Shown here piece after piece: positions 42,096-50,800 of a stretch of 50,800 nt of DNA; within the stretch, counting starts at the first letter, position 1, and each line of letters starts with the position of its first letter. This DNA is from an uncultured Verrucomicrobiae bacterium. Lineage in GTDB: Bacteria > Verrucomicrobiota > Verrucomicrobiia > Limisphaerales > JAFGQR01. Made by a program: the position numbers and the translations under genes. The stretch covers positions 1 through 50,800 of the forward strand of contig CAWBHS010000014.1 of assembly GCA_963788655.1 (NCBI GenBank). Reading direction: 5' to 3'. A model generated the notes under the pieces. That model had not been told where the DNA came from. It worked only from the letters and a program-made list of their open reading frames with translations, and made no database searches.

Positions 42096-43532
42096 TTAAC
42101 CCGCCGGGGACGACAGCCGCATCAGCCGCCGGTGGCAAAGGGCAAAGAGCTCTGGCAGTGGGAAGGCGCTGCTCATTTGCACATAGACGCGCCGCACGCT
42201 CACTTGCACTTGGGCGGCGATCTTCAACAGTTTCAACCGCAGACTTCCCGCCGTCGCTCGCTCCAACTCCGTTCCCTTCAGCCCCAGCGTGCGCAACCGC
42301 TCCAACAACAGGTAAGCGAACATCGCCTCCCACAGCCGAAACTGATTGCTGGCCAGATGGTGCGTGCTCATCCGGTCGGCCTGCAAATCCAACACCTGCT
42401 GCTTGAGTTTGTTTTCCATATCCCCCCGCGCGCAATAGAGTTCTTCGTAGAGCCGCGCCGGACAGAAGCGCGTCTTGTCCCGTTCCTTTTTAAACCCGTT
42501 GGCCGGTAAATTGGTCACGATGAAGCGCGGATTTTCCCCCTCCCGCATCACCTCCGCCTTGCCAATGACCCGGCGCTCCCGACTCCAACTCTTGCGTGTC
42601 CGATACCGAAACTCGGTGAACTCCCGCACGCGCTCGGCCCCGCTCAGACAGTGGCGCGCCCGCGCCTGGGCCAGCGCCGGCCCCAGCTTCTCAATCAGCA
42701 CCGGGTTCTTGGCCAAGCCCAGGCAGTAGTACACCTCTCGTTGACTCTCACACCAGGCCATGATCTCCTCCCGGCCAAACCCGCTGTCCCCGCGAATGAT
42801 GATCCGCGCCTTGCGGCACCGTTGCCGGATGGCCGCCACGATTTTCTCCAGTGCGGGCACCGCCCCATGCGCCGCCTCGTGCTCGGCGGTGCGCAGTTGC
42901 GCCCACAACGGGAAGTCCCCGACAAACGCGTAGAGCGGCAGATAACAATAATCGTCATAGTAGGCGTTGAAATGCCGCCCCTCCTGCAAGCCGTGGAGCC
43001 GATGCCCCATCGCATCCAAATCCACCACCACCTCCGTGGCGTGTTTGGGCAGGCAACGCGTCCCCATTTTCAGCAGGCACGCTTCGATCTGGGCGGGGTT
43101 GTGGGGCAATTTGTGGCAACGCGTCTCCTTGTTATTCGACAACTCCAGGCGGTTGAGGGTCGCGGGACCCGCCAGCGCGATGCCCCGATGTTGGGGCAAC
43201 ACCCGCTGTTCCCCCAGCGGATCAGTCTTGCCGCAGGCCGCGGCCAGCAGCGGGTCCAAGCGCAAGCGTTGATGATCATTGAGGTCCTCGTAGCCCAGCG
43301 CCACGCCGAAGAGGCGCTGACACAACAACTCCGGCACTGAATGGTCCACCCAGATCGGATTGCGCCCGTCGGCAAAGCAACGGGCCAGTTCGGCGCTCAA
43401 CCCGAGGCTCCGATCGACCTGGCGCAGGAGCAACGCGCCGGCGTCGGTGGAGAGGGTGCCGCCAGAGAAATCGGCTTGCACGCGCCGCGGTCCCAAATCC
43501 TCAAACAGAAAGCTTTGACTTGCGTTAGCCAT
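42096..43532 (-). CDS. IS1380-family DDE transposase, intact
   Basis: FSGGTLSTDAGALLL, GYEDLNDH..LRLDP, DLDA..HGLQEG..FNAYY..CYLPL, IRGDSGF, NPRFIVTNL and YCARGDMEN. Confidence 0.95.
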   Translation of the reverse strand: MANASQSFLFEDLGPRRVQADFSGGTLSTDAGALLLRQVDRSLGLSAELARCFADGRNPIWVDHSVPELLCQRLFGVALGYEDLNDHQRLRLDPLLAAACGKTDPLGEQRVLPQHRGIALAGPATLNRLELSNNKETRCHKLPHNPAQIEACLLKMGTRCLPKHATEVVVDLDAMGHRLHGLQEGRHFNAYYDDYCYLPLYAFVGDFPLWAQLRTAEHEAAHGAVPALEKIVAAIRQRCRKARIIIRGDSGFGREEIMAWCESQREVYYCLGLAKNPVLIEKLGPALAQARARHCLSGAERVREFTEFRYRTRKSWSRERRVIGKAEVMREGENPRFIVTNLPANGFKKERDKTRFCPARLYEELYCARGDMENKLKQQVLDLQADRMSTHHLASNQFRLWEAMFAYLLLERLRTLGLKGTELERATAGSLRLKLLKIAAQVQVSVRRVYVQMSSAFPLPELFALCHRRLMRLSSPAG

Positions 43533-43554
43533 GTATCTAGTCTATAGGCTAGAT

Positions 43555-43773
43555 ATGGAAAATCCAGTGAAATATTCACTCAAAGTGCAGGCCATTCGCC
43601 CCAAAGGCCAAACGCCCAAACGGTATGTCTATTTTCCCATTCCCCTGGCCGCGGCCATTGGGCTGCAACCCGGCGAAGCGGTGCAGTGGGAGTTGCTCGA
43701 CCGGGGCGAATTGCATCTGGTCAGAAAACAGGTTCCAGCTCCCAAGGCCCGGCAACGCTCCCGAAAGGATTAA
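43555..43773 (+). CDS. Small AbrB/MazE/SpoVT-fold DNA-binding protein inside the IS
   Basis: 72 aa, KVQ..YVYFPIPLAAAIGLQPGEAVQWELLDRGELHLVR, fitting the swapped-hairpin pattern (xxPxxlxxxlgLxxGdxvxw). Basic tail. Confidence 0.7.
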   Translation: MENPVKYSLKVQAIRPKGQTPKRYVYFPIPLAAAIGLQPGEAVQWELLDRGELHLVRKQVPAPKARQRSRKD

Positions 43774-43883
43774 CACACTGTCGGTGGCGGTTGCTTAAAC
43801 CGAACGGGGTGGAAAACCGCGTCAACAGCGGGTGGAATCGCGTTTTGACCCTCAATTATGAACGCCCTTATGAAATATCCAGG

Positions 43884-44320
43884 CTAGCGTGCTGCCGGCA
43901 TCTTGCCGGCAGTTTGGAACGGACGCTGCGGAGTTAAGCCCCACGGTTGGTGTTTGGCGCGGGCTGCCCCGTTCGTTTCTGCCGGCGGGACGCCAGCAGC
44001 ACGTTGCTCCAGCGTGCTGCCGGCATCTTGCCGGCAGACCGAACGGAAGAAGGCGCCACGAGTTGCCAAGCAACTGCGAGCGCACCAAACGCCGCGGCAG
44101 TTGGGATCGGCTCGGAGGTTCTCGTGCGTTCGTTTCTGCCGGCGGGACGCCGGCAGCACGTTGCTCCAGCGTGCTGCCGGCATCTTGCCGGCAGACCGAA
44201 CGGAAGAAGACGCCACGAATGGCCCAGCAACGTCGAGCGCACCGAACGCCTCGGAGTTGGGATCGGTTCGGAGGTTCTCGTGCGTTCGTTTTTGCCCGCG
44301 GGACGCCGGCAGCACGTTGC
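43884..44320. repeat. Tandem array of three REP-like inverted doublets, family B (BIME-like)
   Basis: AGCGTGCTGCCGGCATCTTGCCGGCAG at 43886, 44011 and 44168, each paired with a downstream near-complement CTGCCGGCGGGACGCCGGCAGCACGTT. Periods are 125 and 157 bp. Confidence 0.9.
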
Positions 44321-44511
44321 TTCAGCTAGTTGACGGCAGTTCGAAACGGTCGTTGCAACGTTTAGCCCCGGTTAATATTCGGTACGCCGTTGCAGCCACC
44401 AGCGCCCCCAGCGAACGGGCTCTCGGACCACGCGCGTTTCTTGACTTTGTTCCGGGCAGTCTTCATTTTTCACAACCCGCCGGCGCGAACCGACGGGAAC
44501 CAGAGAACGTT

Positions 44512-47383
44512 ATGGCAACATCACACAATCAATTTAACTCGCTGAAATCTTTCGATTTGGGAAACGGGCAACCGGGCCATCTCTATTCACTGCCGGCCTT
44601 GGAGGAGGCCGGTTTGGGCAAAATTTCCCGCCTGCCGGTTACCATTCGCATCGTGTTGGAATCGGTCCTGCGCAATTTTGACGGCCAGAAAATTACCGCT
44701 GACAACATCCAGGCACTTGCCGGCTGGCAGCCGAAAGCGCCGCGCACGGCGGAAATCCCCTTCGTGGTGGCCCGCATCGTCCTGCAGGATTTCACCGGGG
44801 TGCCGCTGCTGGTGGACCTGGCGGCCATGCGTTCAGCCGTCCAACGCACCGGCAAGAATCCCCAGTTGATCGAACCGCTGGTGCCGGTGGACCTGGTGGT
44901 GGATCATTCCGTGCAAGTTGATTTTGCCGGTTCGCCCCAAGCCTTTGCCCGCAATTTGGACATGGAGTTTCGCCGCAATCGCGAACGCTACCAACTGCTC
45001 AAGTGGGGCATGCAAGCGTTCGAAACCTTCAAAGTCGTGCCGCCCGGCATCGGCATCGTCCACCAGGTCAATCTCGAATACCTCGCCAAGGGCGTGCTCT
45101 CCACCCAATCCACCGTCAACGACCAACCCGCGACCATCTACTATCCGGACACGCTGGTCGGCACTGATTCGCACACCACGATGATCAACGGCCTGGGCAT
45201 TGTCGGCTGGGGCGTGGGCGGCATCGAAGCCGAAGCCGGCATGCTGGGGCAACCGGTTTATTTTCTCACGCCGGATGTCGTGGGCGTGCATCTCACCGGA
45301 TCGTTGAGCGAAGGCGTCACCGCCACCGACCTGGCGCTCACCGTCACGCAAATGCTGCGGCAGGCGAAAGTCGTCGGCAAGTTCGTCGAATTCTTCGGCC
45401 CCGGCGCGGCGGCGCTTGCCGGTGGTGGATCGCGCCACCATCGCCAACATGGCGCCCGAATACGGCGCCACGATGGGCTTCTTCCCGATCGACGAGGAGT
45501 GCGTGAACTACCTGCGCGCCACCGGCCGCAGTGAAGAATTGTGCCGCACCTACGAAAATTATTATCGCGCGCAGGGAATGTGGGGCATCCCGCAAAAAAG
45601 GCGAGATGGATTATTCGGTGGATTTGGAACTCGACCTGGCCACCGTGGTGCCCAGCGTCGCCGGCCCCAAGCGGCCGCAAGACCGGATCGAATTGCCCAA
45701 CTTGAAAACCGAATTCTTGAGCGCGCTAAAGCGGCCGATCACGGAAAGCGGGTTCGGCAAACAGGAAGCCGATCTGGCAGCTCAGTGTCCACGTAGCGAG
45801 CAATGGCCGTCCGCCCGAGGAAGCGAATCCATCCTACGGCGACCGCCCCGTGCCGACTTCCAGCGAATCGGAAATGCGCGATCAACATCCGACGCCGGAT
45901 CGGCCGCAGGAAATTCCGGGCTCGGCATTCCCCAATTTTGAAACCGACGTGCATCACGGCAGTGTGGTGATTGCCGCCATCACGAGCTGCACGAACACGT
46001 CCAATCCCAGCGTGATGCTGGCGGCCGGTCTTGCTCGCGAAGAAGGCGGTCGAGCGCGGCCTGCGGGTGAACCCGGCGGTCAAAGCGTCGCTGGCGCCCG
46101 GTTCGCGCGTGGTCACGGATTATTTGAACAAAACCGGGTTGCAGCCGTACCTCGACCAACTCGGCTTCAACCTGGTGGGCTACGGCTGCACGACCTGCAT
46201 CGGCAATTCCGGCCCGCTGGCTCCGGCGCTGGAACGAAGCCATCATCCAGCACGACCTGGTGGTGGCTTCGGTGTTGTCCGGCAACCGCAACTTCGAGGC
46301 GCGCGTTCATCAAAACATCAAGGCCAACTTCCTGATGTCTCCGCCGCTGGTGGTCGCCTTTGCGCTGGCCGGCCGCGTGGACATCGACCTGACCCAGGAA
46401 CCGCTGGGGCAGGGGAGGACGGGCAGCCGGTTTACCTGCGCGACATCTGGCCGACGCTCGCGGAAATCCGCGGCGCAACTGCAGTCGGCATTGCAGCCGG
46501 AAGTCTTTCGGCAACTTTACCAGGATTTTGCGGAACAGAATCCGAAATGGAACGAGATTCCCGCCAGCACCGGCAGCGTCTTTGCCTGGGACGCCAAGAG
46601 CACCTACATCCAGGAACCGCCGTTCTTCGAGCACTTTTCGTCTGGAACCGGGCAGCCATGGAAGAAATTCACGGCGCGCGCGCGCTGGGAATTTTTGGTG
46701 ACTCGCGTCACGACCGACCACATTTCACCCGCCGGCAGCATCAAGAAGAGTTCGCCCGCTGGCACATACCTGCGTCGAAAACGGCGTGGCCGTCGAAGAG
46801 TTCAACAGCTACGGTTCGCGCCGCGGCAATGACCGCGTGATGACGCGCGGCACGTTTGCCAATGTGCGCATCAAGAATCTGATGGTTCCCGGCGTGGAAG
46901 GCGGCGTGACGAAGTTCCAGCCCGACGGCGAAACGATGAGCATTTACGACGCGGCCATGAAATACGCGGCCAACCAACGCCGCTGGTGGTGATCGCCGGC
47001 CAGGAATACGGCACCGGCAGTTCGCGCGACTGGGCGGCCAAAGGCACGCTGCTGCTCGGCGTGAAGGCGGTGGTGGCGCAAAGTTACGAACGCATTCACC
47101 GCTCGAACCTGGTGGGCATGGGCGTGTTGCCGCTGCAATTCAAAGAAGACACCAACGCCCAAACGCTCAAGCTGGATGGCACGGAGACTTACGATGTCAT
47201 CGGCGTGAACGCAAAACCTGAAGCCGCAGCAGGACCTGACCTTGCGCGTCACGCGCGCCGATGGCAAAACCGAAGACGTTCAACGTGACCTGCCGCATTG
47301 ATACGCCCGTCGAGATCGAATACTACCAACACGGCGGCATCCTGCCCTACGTGCTGCGGCAGTTGCTGGCGGGAGCCGCTTGA
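44512..47383 (+). CDS. acnA: Aconitate hydratase A (many frameshifts)
   Basis: [99 protein letters not shown] and [12 protein letters not shown] (TGA 47381-47383). Confidence 0.95.
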
Positions 47384-47414
47384 GCTGCGGAAGAACTGCT
47401 GGCAGCTTTCGTGT

Positions 47415-47774
47415 ATGAATTCGACTGCGCTGACGCTGAACGACCTGGAATCTGACTCGCTCTTCGACACCTTGCTTGAACACCTGAAGTTCTCCGAGGT
47501 GGTTGCGGAGTGGAGTCGGTGCCGGCAAAAACTGACCCAATGGGAGGACGCGCATTTGCTGGTGGATAACACGTACAATCGCCTTTTCCAGGAAGTTGCT
47601 ACTCGCCTGCCGGCAGGCCGCATCCAGGAGGAATTACAGGCCGCCATTCGCGTCCGTGCGCGGCAAATGAAACTTGCCAGAAAGCAGCCCCCGTCCCATC
47701 CCGCCCACCGCTTGAGCCGTTTCGCACGAAACACGGCGGAGGAGCCCGCAATTGTCGAATCGCCTTGCGGTTGA
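47415..47774 (+). CDS. Hypothetical protein
   Basis: ATG-started 119-aa ORF between acnA and the TA pair. No motif recognised. Confidence 0.4.
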   Translation: MNSTALTLNDLESDSLFDTLLEHLKFSEVVAEWSRCRQKLTQWEDAHLLVDNTYNRLFQEVATRLPAGRIQEELQAAIRVRARQMKLARKQPPSHPAHRLSRFARNTAEEPAIVESPCG

Positions 47775-47830
47775 AACTTGCGTCTATTTCTGCTCTTGAA
47801 TCGCACTGTGAGCGTGGTAAATGGAAACGT

Positions 47831-48067
47831 ATGTCAAAAGCGGAATTAAAATTGGAGTTGCCGGTCGAGGAGATTGAGTTTCTCGAAGCCTATGCGAATC
47901 AACACCGCACCCCCGTCTCCGACGTGGTGGCGGGCTTGGTGAAGGGGCTACACCGTCCGCCACGACGTGAGATTCATCCAGAGGTTCAGAAGATCACCGG
48001 CATCATTCCTCCAGAAGTTGACGTGAAAGAAGCCCACCTCCAACACATCCTTGAAAAGCACAAATGA
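47831..48067 (+). CDS. Antitoxin, DUF6364-like (RHH)
   Basis: KLELP..LEAYA..VSDVV..IHPEVQKITGII..HILEKHK. ATGA overlap with the PIN gene. Confidence 0.75.
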   Translation: MSKAELKLELPVEEIEFLEAYANQHRTPVSDVVAGLVKGLHRPPRREIHPEVQKITGIIPPEVDVKEAHLQHILEKHK

Positions 48068-48519
48068 AGATCGTGTTGGACTTGAATGTCTTGCTGGACG
48101 TGATCCAGAACCGTCCGCCGCATTACTTGGATTCTGCTGATGTTTTAAGCCGTGTCAGAACGGGAGAAATAGACGCGATCCTGCCAAGCCACGGCGTCAC
48201 AACGCTGTGGTACATCCTTGCCAAAAGCGCGAATCCTGCGACCGCGAACCAGACGGTGGAATGGATGTTAAGCCACTTTGAAATCGGCGGTGCGGATAAA
48301 GCCACCTTTCAAAATGCCCGCCAGTTGCCGGTAAACGATTTTGAAGACGCGGTTGTGGCCAGCGTGGCCCGGAGCGCAAATTGCGACTACATCGTCACCC
48401 TGAATGTGTCAGACTTTGCCGGTTCGCCGGTGCCTGCGGTCACTCCGGCGGACTTTTTGAAGTTGTTCGCCGCGGCGGGTCCAAGTTCAGCCGGAAAGGC
48501 GCCCGGCCAAAGCAAATAA
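48064..48519 (+). CDS. vapC: PIN-domain toxin
   Basis: IVLDLNVLLD, TTLWY, DFEDAV and DYIVTLNVSDF..VTPADF. Confidence 0.88.
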   Translation: MKIVLDLNVLLDVIQNRPPHYLDSADVLSRVRTGEIDAILPSHGVTTLWYILAKSANPATANQTVEWMLSHFEIGGADKATFQNARQLPVNDFEDAVVASVARSANCDYIVTLNVSDFAGSPVPAVTPADFLKLFAAAGPSSAGKAPGQSK

Positions 48520-48772
48520 ACCGTGAAATACTTCCGCTGGCTCAAAGCCTCTGATCCAATTGGCGCCTCAAACCGGCTGTTCTGCGGCAATTCGCTGGGG
48601 TGCAGGTTTATTCGAATGCCTGCTACTGTTGTCGTTACCTGAAGAAACGGGATTAGTCGCTCCAACTGTTGGTGAGACCGTAACGGTCCGCGGAAATTGT
48701 TGGCGGGAGCGTGAGAGTCGGGGAGGCCATTATTCAATTGCGCCGCATCCTGCCAGAGCGTACAGGTTTTTC

Positions 48773-48985
48773 ATGAAAGTCATCATTAATCTGACCGAGC
48801 AAGATGAGGCCAAGGCCTTGCCGATTCTGCTACGCCATTCTCCGGGGATGATTCTGCCTGAGCGTAATTGCGTGCTCTCCGAAGATGCGCGAAGAGCGTT
48901 GCGAATGGCCGGCATCCGATTTACCGAGCTGAGTCGTGAAGCCAATGCCCCGGGGCTGGAGGAGGTTGCCGGTGAAAGAGTATGA
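48773..48985 (+). CDS. Small hypothetical protein (possible antitoxin-like partner)
   Basis: 70-aa ATG ORF whose end overlaps the GTG start of the next gene, with GGAGG upstream of that GTG. Confidence 0.55.
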   Translation: MKVIINLTEQDEAKALPILLRHSPGMILPERNCVLSEDARRALRMAGIRFTELSREANAPGLEEVAGERV

Positions 48986-49279
48986 TTTTTTATTCCTCTT
49001 TACTACAACGATGGGTCTCCCATCGAAGCAACCAAGTTGCAAAACCTGCAGAACCGGCTTCTGGAGCGATTTGAGGGATTAACCTATTTTCCGCAGCCCA
49101 ATCAAGGATTCTGGAAGTTTGGGAATATGACTTATCGCGATGAAATTATGATTTAACGGGTCATTAGTGAAGACCCAGGCAGTTTACGGGATTTCATGGC
49201 CAACCTGAAGGAGCATTTGAAACGAGATTTTCAGCAACAGGAGGTTTTGATTATTGAACGTGAAGTTGGTCTGCTGTGA
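48972..49279 (+). pseudogene. Disrupted ~100-aa hypothetical gene not in the ORF track
   Basis: GTG KEYD, a slip in a T-run, then IPLYYNDGSPIE..RFEGLTYFPQPNQGFWKFGNMTYRDEIMI*RVISED..LKRDFQQQEVLIIEREVGLL*, with an internal TAA at 49154-49156. Confidence 0.6.
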
Positions 49280-49640
49280 GGGCGCTGGCGATGGATTTAA
49301 CGATCCTTGCGTGGCGTGCCCGGGGGGGGAGCGCCGTTATGCGAAACGCGGTTATGAGCCAAGAGCCGTTGTATCGCCTCGTTGGTAAACCTTCGGATTG
49401 GTGCTGGACCAAAATGTGCGCGTTTTGCGGGCGAGGCGTTATGGCCGGGCGCAGGTGGTCTTCAGTTGGTTTAGAAGACTGGAGTTGTTCCGGCAGGCCG
49501 AGCAACAGCGTATGTTCGAATGCAAACCCGCTCCGCTGAACAGGCCAATAGGCAAGAAGTCGTCAAAAGGGAAACTGGATGCATTTTGGAATTCTTGTGT
49601 TTGACGAAGGAGGAAATGAAATTGCAGGAGCCTGCCTGCC

Positions 49641-50800
49641 TCAATGCTGCCTCAGACGGAAAAACCGTGTTGGCTCGCTCCACGTGTGTGGTGACGAGGT
49701 AGCTTCCGGCCCAAATCGCCGGCACGTTGGACACAGCCAACCAGTTGGGGGCCCCAAGTTTTCTGCCGTCTCCAGGACATAACCATTTGCCGTGCTCGGC
49801 CACGAAAGTTGGGTGATGCCGTTTGACTGCGTAACGGCAAGAGTCGGTGTGGCCAGCGTGTAGAAACGGATGCCCTCGATTTGCACTTCGCAGTTCGTTG
49901 AGGTGCCGCCCATGATGCCGAAGAATAACTCGTTTGTGCTGCCAGCATAGGCTGAAACATCGATCAGAGGGCTCGTCGAAAACTCGCCATTGGCAGCATA
50001 CTTTGCTTCCAGACTGAATACTTTGGTAGTGTTAATGCCAAACGCCAACGAATCGAACTTGCCGTCCCCGAAAATGGCAAAGTCGAATGCCATTGCTTCC
50101 GCGCCTTGTGGCACCGAAACAGAAAGCCAAACGTATGCCGGGGAATTTGCGCTAATTTCTCCCGCCGTAACGGTATTTGGCTTCACGCTGTCGTTGCCAT
50201 TTGCCTGGACATTGTTGCGATCAAGTCGGATTCCAGTCCGGAGTATCAGTCGGAAGGTCGTCTGACTCACAAGATCGAAGACCTGTTGTCCAGCTTCCGC
50301 TACTTCATTAACCACATAATTTACGCCGTCATATACGCCCGTTGCCACGCTCTCGGCGCCCTCAACATGAGAACGTCTCCGACTGTCTTCCCACCTTCGA
50401 TCACAGAATCCACAAAAAAATCCGCGCCAATTCTTAGGTCATTGCGCAAGGCGTCCAGAAGTTGCTTCTTTGTAGTCTGCTTTAAAACCAAATCGTTGTT
50501 GTTATCTATGTCTTGTTCGTAACTTGATGGCGCATTGAGTTCCATTGTTTGTGGCGGGAAAGGACCTGAAACCTCGGGGATGATGTTGTTGGCTTCAAAA
50601 GAGCGCCGGAAGAACAGCTCGCTGCGGGAAGGCTGCGAGATGCTGAATTGATAGAGGTCAACACCGTAACCATGCATGAACGCAAGATCGGGAAAGAAAT
50701 TGGCGACTTTGTTCAAATAAACATTCACGGCCTCGTCGTGAAAAAAGCCCACCAATGAGACGTAATTGTCCAGCCATGCGGTGTGTTTTGGAATTGGATT
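49641..50800 (-). CDS. 3' part of a large secreted protein (partial, frameshifted)
   Basis: Consecutive ORFs 50321-50755 and 49641-50348, with a beta-rich domain followed by PTLAV..LSWPSTANGYVLE..L..W....FFRL*. Confidence 0.6.

Larger units (their letters stand above)
41905..43883 (-). mobile_element. Complete IS1380-family insertion sequence (1979 bp) with a passenger gene
   Basis: Terminal inverted repeats CCCGGATATTTCATAAG (41905) and CTTATGAAATATCCAGG (ends 43883), 16/17 match. Flanked by a CTAG direct repeat at 41901-41904 and 43884-43887. Confidence 0.9.

Noticed and set aside
43884..44320. CRISPR array
   Set aside because: Repeats are ~60-bp inverted doublets, the intervening segments are long and two are near-duplicates, and there are no cas genes in the window.
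43903..44511. 200-aa repetitive N-terminal extension of aconitase
   Set aside because: It is translation of the REP array. Aconitase similarity starts at ATG 44512.

Overview
Bacterial genomic window, most likely Verrucomicrobiota subdivision 3 (Pedosphaerales/Limisphaerales-like). This is an inference from ECF/Ser-Thr-kinase remnants, the '...W...F(Y/F)R' C-terminal motif on secreted proteins and the intergenic palindrome families. Many conserved genes carry single-base frameshifts that look like long-read consensus errors. Order: ~0.9 kb of AT-richer, apparently foreign cheW/MCP sequence joined abruptly to a truncated mpg; a membrane-arm-only complex I cluster nuoH-J-K-[vapBC]-L-M-M-N; lplA/aceE; DUF4932-like protein; decayed ECF/kinase locus; GT-C-like/GT2 pair; sensorless histidine kinase plus sigma54 regulator; ahcY-metK with a SahR-like regulator; URO-D family gene; recO, DUF502, ybeY, phoH, HIT, ispE; tatAC; tol-pal; sodium:solute symporter; a complete IS1380-family element; a REP-like tandem array; acnA; a toxin-antitoxin islet; the 3' part of a secreted protein. 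Best leads: (1) the IS1380 element carrying a divergent AbrB-fold gene, with a near-perfect palindrome filling the 22-bp gap between the two start codons, inserted at the edge of a REP array; (2) a '2M' complex I membrane arm with a 26-residue repeat in the NuoL lateral helix, no nuoI, and a vapBC module with its own promoter between nuoK and nuoL. No database searches were run; family calls rest on recognised motifs.
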